NCBI GenBank assembly: GCA_039030515.1
Contig: JBCCEA010000038.1
Location: forward strand, 1-33,466
DNA from: Myxococcota bacterium
GTDB taxonomy: Bacteria > Myxococcota_A > Polyangia > Polyangiales > Houyiibacteriaceae
DNA length: 33,466 bases
Direction of reading: 5' to 3'
Position 1 is the first letter of the stretch. Every line of letters begins with the position of its first letter. Positions 27,083 through 33,466 of the stretch are shown here, in pieces. The translations under genes were made by a program, and so were the position numbers. The notes beneath the pieces are model-generated. The model had not been told where the DNA came from. It ran no database searches and saw only the letters and a list, made by a program, of their open reading frames with translations.

Positions 27083-27332
27083 GTATGGAGCTCGCTTAGC
27101 AGAAAAAATCTCTGGCGGAAACGCGCCAAACGCCTGTAGTCACCCCTGCGACCTGCCGTGCTGTCCCGCTCGCCCTGCTGCGCTGTACCCGTACTGGGCT
27201 TCGCTGTGCCCATGCTGGGAGGGTTCACACGAAATCGGCGGGTTCCGGTGAGGAGTCTCTTGCTCTGAATGCCGTTTCGGTACATTCCTCGAGCGCTCGG
27301 CTCGCCTGGGGGCCGTCAGCTTTAGGGGCTCT

Positions 27333-29108
27333 ATGACCGACACCATACCGTCTCGCCTATTTCAGCAAGCCAAAAAAGCTCCGAGCAAAGCCGCCTACTA
27401 CGTTAGAGAAGGCACCGGCTGGACACCGACGACCTGGCTTGAGTACGCCCGTGAGGTCCGCCGGGCGGGCAAAGCCCTAGTCGCACTCGGGGTGGAACCA
27501 GGCCAGACCGTCGGCATCCTCGGCTTCAACCGACCTGAGTGGATCGTCGCCGATGTGGCCGCCATGTGCGTCGGTGCTGCCCCAGCCGGGATCTACACCA
27601 CCTGCTCCGCGGAGGAAGTCCAGTACATCCTGGGCCATGCGCAGTCGCCGGTGGTCTTTGTGGAAAACGAGCATCAGTGGCAGAAGATTCAGGCTGAGCG
27701 CGAACGCCTGCCCGAGTTGAAGTACGTCGTGACCATGCGGGGAGCACCGGAGATCGACGACCCGCAGGTCCTCTCCTGGGAGGCGTTTCTCGAAAAATCT
27801 GACAAATCCGAGGAGCAAACCTTCGACGACCGGCTCGGAGCACTGCAGCCAGACGGTCTCGCCACGCTGATCTACACGTCTGGAACCACTGGCCCTCCCA
27901 AGGGAGTGATGCTCTCACACGCCAACCTCGCGTGGACCGCGGCGACCGCCGTCCACATGGTCTCCGCCAACGGGTCCGACTCTTCCCTCAGCTACCTCCC
28001 GCTTTCGCACATCGCCGAACAAATGTTCTCGATCCACGCACCGATCACCGCGGGCTACGCGATCTACTTCGCCGAATCGATCGAGCGCGTCCCGGAAAAC
28101 CTCAAGGAGGTGCAGCCAACGATCTTCTTCGGCGTACCCCGAATCTGGGAAAAATTCCACGCGGGCATTCAGGCCAACATCGCTCAGGCCACCGGGTTCA
28201 AGAAGCTGGTCGTGCAGTTCGCCACTTCGACCGGTCGCGAGGTGGCGCAGCAGGTTCAGGCAGGGCAGCCGATTTCCGGACTGCTCGCCCTGAAGTATAA
28301 GCTCGCCAACAAACTCGTATACTCGAAGCTAAAGCCGGCGGTCGGCCTTGGAAACGCCCGCGTCTGCGTGAGCGGCGCAGCGCCGATCGCCAAGGGAATC
28401 TTGGAGTTCTTTGCCTCCCTCGACATCTATGTTCTCGAAGTATACGGCCAATCGGAAGACTCCGGTCCGACGACGTTCAACCAGCCCTCGCGTGTGCTGC
28501 TCGGTTCGGTGGGACCTAGGGTACCGGGTGTAGAAGTCGAGCTTGCGGAGGACGGCGAGATCCTAGTCAAAGGGCCCAATGTATTTCTGGGCTACTACCG
28601 CGACGAGGAGGCTACCCAAGCGGCGCTCACCGACGGATGGCTGCACTCGGGAGATCTCGGTAGCTTCGACAAGAACGGCTTTTTGCACATCACGGGACGA
28701 AAAAAGGACATCATCATCACCGCAGGAGGCAAAAACATCGCGCCCAAGAACCTGGAGAACGATCTAAAAACCCACCCTTTGGTGCACGAAGCCGTTGTGG
28801 TTGGAGACAGGCGCAAGTTCCTGAGCGTCTTGGTCACCTTGGATCCCGAGGCAGCCGGCGCCTGGGCCGAGCGGCACGCCAGGTCGACGGACGCCCTGCA
28901 CGAAGACGGTGACGTTCTGGCCGAAGTTCAAAAAGCCATCGACGAGCTGAACACGAAGGTGGCCCGAGTTGAGCAGCTCAAGAAATTCACCATCTTGCCG
29001 AGACCGCTCACGATCGAACACGGTGAACTGACGCCCACGCTCAAGGTCAAGCGGAACAAAGTAGCAGAGCACTTCTCGAATGAAATCGAGAATATGTACG
29101 CGGAGTAA
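27333..29108 (+). CDS. Long-chain fatty-acid--CoA ligase (AMP-dependent synthetase)
   Basis: YTSGTTGPPKGV, YLPLSHIAEQ, VPRIWEK, SGAAP, YGQSE, GWLHSGDLG, GRKKDIIITAGGKNIAP, ELTPTLKVKR. Confidence 0.95.
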   Translation: MTDTIPSRLFQQAKKAPSKAAYYVREGTGWTPTTWLEYAREVRRAGKALVALGVEPGQTVGILGFNRPEWIVADVAAMCVGAAPAGIYTTCSAEEVQYILGHAQSPVVFVENEHQWQKIQAERERLPELKYVVTMRGAPEIDDPQVLSWEAFLEKSDKSEEQTFDDRLGALQPDGLATLIYTSGTTGPPKGVMLSHANLAWTAATAVHMVSANGSDSSLSYLPLSHIAEQMFSIHAPITAGYAIYFAESIERVPENLKEVQPTIFFGVPRIWEKFHAGIQANIAQATGFKKLVVQFATSTGREVAQQVQAGQPISGLLALKYKLANKLVYSKLKPAVGLGNARVCVSGAAPIAKGILEFFASLDIYVLEVYGQSEDSGPTTFNQPSRVLLGSVGPRVPGVEVELAEDGEILVKGPNVFLGYYRDEEATQAALTDGWLHSGDLGSFDKNGFLHITGRKKDIIITAGGKNIAPKNLENDLKTHPLVHEAVVVGDRRKFLSVLVTLDPEAAGAWAERHARSTDALHEDGDVLAEVQKAIDELNTKVARVEQLKKFTILPRPLTIEHGELTPTLKVKRNKVAEHFSNEIENMYAE

Positions 29109-29151
29109 GCGGCTCCTCACCGGCATACGGGCCGTCCTTTTACCCTCCAAG

Positions 29152-30765
29152 ATGCGCACCATCGATCGTCGAGCGATCTCTACCTCCACCTCCCTACCTC
29201 GCGCCGCCCGAACGAAGGTCGCTGCGGGGACCAGATGGTGCATCGCCGGATGGTGGCTTGCGATTTGGTTTTGCGTCCCCGGCTCATCCGCACTCGCTCA
29301 GCCGGCCACCCATGCTGACGAGACTGCGCGCGCCACCGCAAAGAGCACTGCTGCGACCGACGTTCAGGCCCCCCTGCAGCGTACCCCCTCTGACTTAAAG
29401 GATCCGGCAGCGGACGGCACCGAAGCTCGGGATGGCACGCTCAGTGCAAATCCTCGAGAAAGTCGCACGACCGCAGAAAGGGCCGCATCCACGGTCGTTC
29501 CGGTACGCCAGCGGCTGATGAGCGGACTCGGCCTCTTGGTGATGATCGGGCTCGCCTGGCTGCTTTCCAGTCGAAAACGTCATTTTCCGGTTCGCATCGT
29601 CACCTGGGGCGTGGGCCTGCAGATCGCCTTCGGCCTGCTCATCCTCAAGACCTCTGCAGGCCGGGCGGTCTTCAGCGGGATGAACGATGCCGTCGTGCGC
29701 CTGCTGGAGTTCACCGAGGCGGGCTCTCGATTCATCTTTGGGCCCTACCTCGATATGGAGTTCAGCATCGCGCTGCACGTCCTGCCCACGATCATCTTTT
29801 GTTCCTCGCTGATGAGCGTGCTTTACCACTTGGGACTGATCCAGCAGGTCGTGCGCGCTGTCGCCTACGTGATGCAGCGCTCGCTTCGAACCAGCGGACC
29901 AGAAACACTCAGCGCATCTGCCAACATCTTCGTGGGGCAGACCGAGGCTCCGCTGGTGATCCAGCCCTACGTTCAGAAGATGAGCGATTCCGAGCTGATG
30001 TCGGTGATGGTCGGCGGCTTTGCCACGGTTGCAGGAGGTGTACTCGCGGCCTACGTCGGCATGCTGCACGAGCATTTCCCGGACATCGCCGGTCATCTCA
30101 TCGCTTCGAGTGTGATGAGCGCTCCTGCGGCCCTGGTCATGGCCAAGGTCATGCTGCCGGAAGTAGTCGAGCCGAGCTCGAAGCCAAAGGAAGCCCAAAC
30201 GCTCCTCGTGCGCCCGGACACGGTGAATGTAGTCGATGCTGCGGCAAAAGGCGCCGCCGACGGGCTCTCCCTAGCCTTGAACGTCGGCGCCATGCTGCTC
30301 GGATTTCTCGCCCTGGTAGCGCTGGTCAACTTTCTCATCGGGCTCCCCGTCGAAGCCTACGCAAGCGTTACCGGCGATGCGACCCTCGAGCCCATCACGC
30401 TGCAGCGCATACTCGGCTATGCCTTTGCGCCGATGGGCTTTTTGATGGGCGCCCCGCCCGAGGACTGCATGAGGATCGGGACTTTGCTCGGACAGAAAAT
30501 GGTGCTGACCGAGTTTGTCGCCTTTGTGGAGCTCGCGGAGATTTTGGCAGCGCCAGATCCCGAGATCAGCCCGCGGGGCGCGCTCATCGCCACCTACGCC
30601 CTCTGTGGTTTCGCCAACTTCGGCTCGATCGCCATCCAGATCGGAGGCATCGGAACCATCGCCCCCAGTCGACGGGCGGACCTCGCAAGATTGGGTCCGC
30701 GCGCCATGCTAGGCGGTTCGCTAGCTACCTGCATGACCGCATGTGTTGCCGGGATGGTCATCTAG
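29152..30765 (+). CDS. NupC/CNT-family nucleoside transporter with N-terminal extension
   Basis: LPTIIF.SSL, ANIFVGQTEAPL, GFATVAGGVL, SVMSAPAAL, K.VLTEFVAF, YALCGFANFGSIAIQIGG; start uncertain. Confidence 0.92.
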   Translation: MRTIDRRAISTSTSLPRAARTKVAAGTRWCIAGWWLAIWFCVPGSSALAQPATHADETARATAKSTAATDVQAPLQRTPSDLKDPAADGTEARDGTLSANPRESRTTAERAASTVVPVRQRLMSGLGLLVMIGLAWLLSSRKRHFPVRIVTWGVGLQIAFGLLILKTSAGRAVFSGMNDAVVRLLEFTEAGSRFIFGPYLDMEFSIALHVLPTIIFCSSLMSVLYHLGLIQQVVRAVAYVMQRSLRTSGPETLSASANIFVGQTEAPLVIQPYVQKMSDSELMSVMVGGFATVAGGVLAAYVGMLHEHFPDIAGHLIASSVMSAPAALVMAKVMLPEVVEPSSKPKEAQTLLVRPDTVNVVDAAAKGAADGLSLALNVGAMLLGFLALVALVNFLIGLPVEAYASVTGDATLEPITLQRILGYAFAPMGFLMGAPPEDCMRIGTLLGQKMVLTEFVAFVELAEILAAPDPEISPRGALIATYALCGFANFGSIAIQIGGIGTIAPSRRADLARLGPRAMLGGSLATCMTACVAGMVI

Positions 30766-30851
30766 CGGCTAGAACTGAGGCGTCACCTCGAGGTGAGGAC
30801 CGGCAAAAGATCACCTGTTCAGGAGAAACAGCGGTGGGAAACAATCGAGCC

Positions 30852-31655
30852 ATGTACGCCATCTACCAAGGTCTCTTTGTGGTGATGACGCTGCTTGCCG
30901 CCTGCGGGCGGACCGTGCTCACCACGACCGATGGCGGCTTTGGAGACGGCGACCTCGACGGTTCGATCAAATCCTCCTGCGGCGACGGCACCTGTAGCGA
31001 TTCAGAAGACTGCACCAGCTGCCCCGTCGACTGCGGCCTATGCGAGACCTGCGGCGATTTGCTCTGCAGCGATACGGAGACCTGCGATAGCTGCCCGGGA
31101 GACTGCGGCACCTGCGACCCCTGCGGCGATGGCTTCTGCCTGCCGGAGGACGGGGAGGACTGCCTGAGCTGCGCGCCAGACTGCGGCATCTGCCCGGCCT
31201 GCGGCGATGCAAGCTGCGATGCTTTCACCGAGGACTGCTTCACCTGCCCCGACGATTGCGGCGCTTGCGCCGGCTGCGGCGACGGGCAGTGTGAAGGCAC
31301 CGAAAACTGCGCCAGCTGTCAGCGAGACTGCGGCGTTTGTGATTTCTGCGGCAACGGCGTGTGCGAAACCGAGGACTTTGAAACGTGCAGTACCTGCTCT
31401 GAGGATTGCGGTGTGTGTCCGGTGCGTACTTGCTTTGAGGTATTTAATTGCTCGTTAGGCTGCATTGACTTCGATACGGGCCTGTTCAGCTTCTCTTGCC
31501 TAAGCGCCTGCAATTCCGGATGCGCAGACGCTGAGTTTTTCCTCGATCAGGCGATCCAGTGCGCGATCAACGTCTTCTTTAATGGCGGAGACCTCACTGA
31601 TCTCGGGATCGAATGCGCAAGCGAACTCGCCGCCTGCTTTGGCGCCACCTGCTGA
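30852..31655 (+). CDS. Small lipoprotein with six tandem CGDGxC..E.C..C..DCG Cys-rich repeats
   Basis: ATG 30852, lipobox LAAC, six repeat units, then a Cys-containing helical tail. Confidence 0.85.
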   Translation: MYAIYQGLFVVMTLLAACGRTVLTTTDGGFGDGDLDGSIKSSCGDGTCSDSEDCTSCPVDCGLCETCGDLLCSDTETCDSCPGDCGTCDPCGDGFCLPEDGEDCLSCAPDCGICPACGDASCDAFTEDCFTCPDDCGACAGCGDGQCEGTENCASCQRDCGVCDFCGNGVCETEDFETCSTCSEDCGVCPVRTCFEVFNCSLGCIDFDTGLFSFSCLSACNSGCADAEFFLDQAIQCAINVFFNGGDLTDLGIECASELAACFGATC

Positions 31656-32040
31656 ACCAGCTCGACAGATTCCCTCAGACCGGAATAAGTCTGTAGTGGA
31701 ATAGCTATGCTGAACTCATTCGTCTCTATAAGAGTCAGTCAAGCAATGACAAACGCAGTAAAAAACCCCTCAGCGACGACGCGCAACCCCAGGGCATTCG
31801 ATATATTTGGCAAAACCGACACGCGCTCCTTGACTGACACCGAAAATCGGACAGCTTGTAAGGTGAGATAAGGGAGGTCGACTCCGACTAAAACTACCTT
31901 ATCTTCACATGGTTCCGGCGTTCATAACGCTACGTGAATCTCTTATACGCATCGTTAGAGTGTTGTTGGGTTTGCAAAAACCTCATTGATGCTTGAGCGA
32001 CTGTTTCTTTATTCGAATTGAGAAAGGTACGTAGCGATTT

Positions 32041-33246
32041 ATGCAGCTAGGACAGCCACCGCCACCGCACCAAAATGGATCGCCAACGTCGCCAAGACCG
32101 CCGGTCGTTCACGCCGAGCCTTTCGTGAAGTTCGTGCTGCGACGTTTTCGCGGTCCAGACCCTAGGCAAGATACACAAGCTTTTTTGAACGGCGTCGCAA
32201 ACAACCTCATGGAGCCCTCAAGGCGTTTGTGTTGTTCACGCCCTGCAACATCAGCGATAATAATTCCAAGACGCGCGGATGATCTTAGCCAGGGATGCCT
32301 TGCGATTGTGTTTCAAAACGGAGGTGGACGGGATGCCGCTGTGTACGCGGCGCATGGACGTGACTCGCAGAGCGTCGGAGCAATCATACGGGGAATAAAC
32401 GCATATAGTACTCGAGCGGCTTTAGTAAGATATCTCGAAGGGCTTCTGTGTCAGTCTAATCCCGCTTCACTCTTTGTATCCTTAGATGACGGGAAGCTGT
32501 TGCTTACGGCTCTGAGCAATTGTCTCGTCCGTATTAAGAAGGCAGAGACACCGAACTGCTTCGGCTTTCAACGTCATGCTCCGGTACAGCCAGGAGGCAT
32601 TGGAACAGGTAACGGTGGGGTAGGGATGCGTTCGCAGCGAGGTCCATTTAGGCACTGCTTGGATTTTGTTTGCGGCACGTCGCCGTATGGCTACGGGATT
32701 CCTCCGCAGTTTACAGATCCTGTATATGACCGGGTAGCAGAAGAACTTTATTCTCAAACTCCTAAAAGGGATTTAAGCCGCACTCAAGTGCAAAACGTTA
32801 TTGAGCGGACTAACACCAGTTATGAGAAACAGAGTGAACGTTGGAAAAAAGAGAGACAGATCAGCTGGGTTGGGAACCGCGCAGTATGTATTTGTTTAGT
32901 GGTGACAACACTCCCGCTTTTGGCAACCGTGTACTCCAGAGAGTGGCTTGGCACCGGGGCAACTGAAGAGCAAAGAAGAACCAGTGAAGCATGGGTCGGT
33001 CCACTTGTGCTCTACAGTTTGTTTGCTTCGTTTCTTGCATGGTTTGTTTGCGGGCCTCTGCGACGAATTTATTTCGTCGACCCTGATTTCGACAAGCAGT
33101 TTCCTCTTGCCGGCCCAAACGCCCCTCGCTGGGACCCGAGCCGTGGACAGCCTGGAGAAGGCGTCTCCCCTACGTCATCGAATGGGTCGTTTGATGCAGA
33201 TCTAGAACAGCTTGAGGAAGGAGCCGATGAGGAAAAGGGCTTCTAG
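32041..33246 (+). CDS. Hypothetical protein with Pro-rich N-terminus, two TM segments and acidic C-terminus
   Basis: 401-codon ORF in AT-richer DNA; TM-like AVCICLVVTTLPLLATVY and WVGPLVLYSLFASFLAWFVCGPL; no recognisable family motif. Confidence 0.65.
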   Translation: MQLGQPPPPHQNGSPTSPRPPVVHAEPFVKFVLRRFRGPDPRQDTQAFLNGVANNLMEPSRRLCCSRPATSAIIIPRRADDLSQGCLAIVFQNGGGRDAAVYAAHGRDSQSVGAIIRGINAYSTRAALVRYLEGLLCQSNPASLFVSLDDGKLLLTALSNCLVRIKKAETPNCFGFQRHAPVQPGGIGTGNGGVGMRSQRGPFRHCLDFVCGTSPYGYGIPPQFTDPVYDRVAEELYSQTPKRDLSRTQVQNVIERTNTSYEKQSERWKKERQISWVGNRAVCICLVVTTLPLLATVYSREWLGTGATEEQRRTSEAWVGPLVLYSLFASFLAWFVCGPLRRIYFVDPDFDKQFPLAGPNAPRWDPSRGQPGEGVSPTSSNGSFDADLEQLEEGADEEKGF

Positions 33247-33282
33247 CGTCATATCACCACATTTCTCACGCTACTGACCACC

Positions 33283-33308
33283 GGGCGGTCGCCTCGCCGC
33301 GACCGCTC
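33283..33308 (+). terminator. GC-rich hairpin downstream of the orphan gene (possible terminator, no U-tract)
   Basis: gggcggtcgc-ctcgcc-gcgaccgctc, 10-bp stem with one G-U pair. Confidence 0.35.
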
Positions 33309-33466
33309 ACTAGCCACTACACTCCCAGGGCGAGCGCATCTAAAGATGCTCAATTTCGATCACTTAGAAAGTGGGTTGAACAAAGGATCGCATTCTTGCC
33401 GGCCTTGTGATCGATTGGCGGCATGTGGGCCGATGCCGAATCGCACCAAGCGACCTCACTTGTTGA

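Noticed and set aside
29799..30851. N-terminal half of the 618-aa ORF overlapping nupC
   Set aside because: Arg-rich off-frame read of nupC; real gene starts at 30852 with a lipoprotein signal
31809..31860. c-di-GMP-I (GEMM) riboswitch suggested by GGCAAAACC..GAAA
   Set aside because: Could not build the P1/P2 stems or find the GACGCAAAGC-type junction

Overview
GC-rich bacterial chromosome segment whose gene content points to Myxococcota (Polyangia/Sandaracinus-like; inferred from the AgmX/GltJ-type ZnR-GYF-TonB_C protein, Cys-rich lipoproteins, a VWA lipoprotein and FHA-GGDEF). Housekeeping content: rpmG, hpt, a biotin-carrier protein, comM-recA, tadA, fbaB, an acyl-CoA ligase, a NupC transporter, five tRNAs (all four Ser isoacceptors plus Arg-ACG) and SRP RNA. 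Most notable: (1) a ~126-bp structured hairpin repeat family with compensatory base changes, present at the window start (where it supplies a gene's stop codon) and as a scrambled, chimeric cluster at 15.6-16.1 kb; (2) an apparently split, order-reversed HTTM/vitamin-K-dependent-carboxylase-like gene pair; (3) two tandem paralogous ~860-aa Cys/Asp-rich, beta-helix, polyglycine lipoproteins downstream of a co-oriented c-di-GMP/motility-like gene run; (4) a translationally coupled comM-recA pair; (5) a sigma54 promoter in front of a VWA lipoprotein and facing away from an NtrC-family activator; (6) an AT-richer orphan gene at the right end. No CRISPR array, rRNA or transposase was seen. All family calls come from motif recognition by eye, not from database searches.
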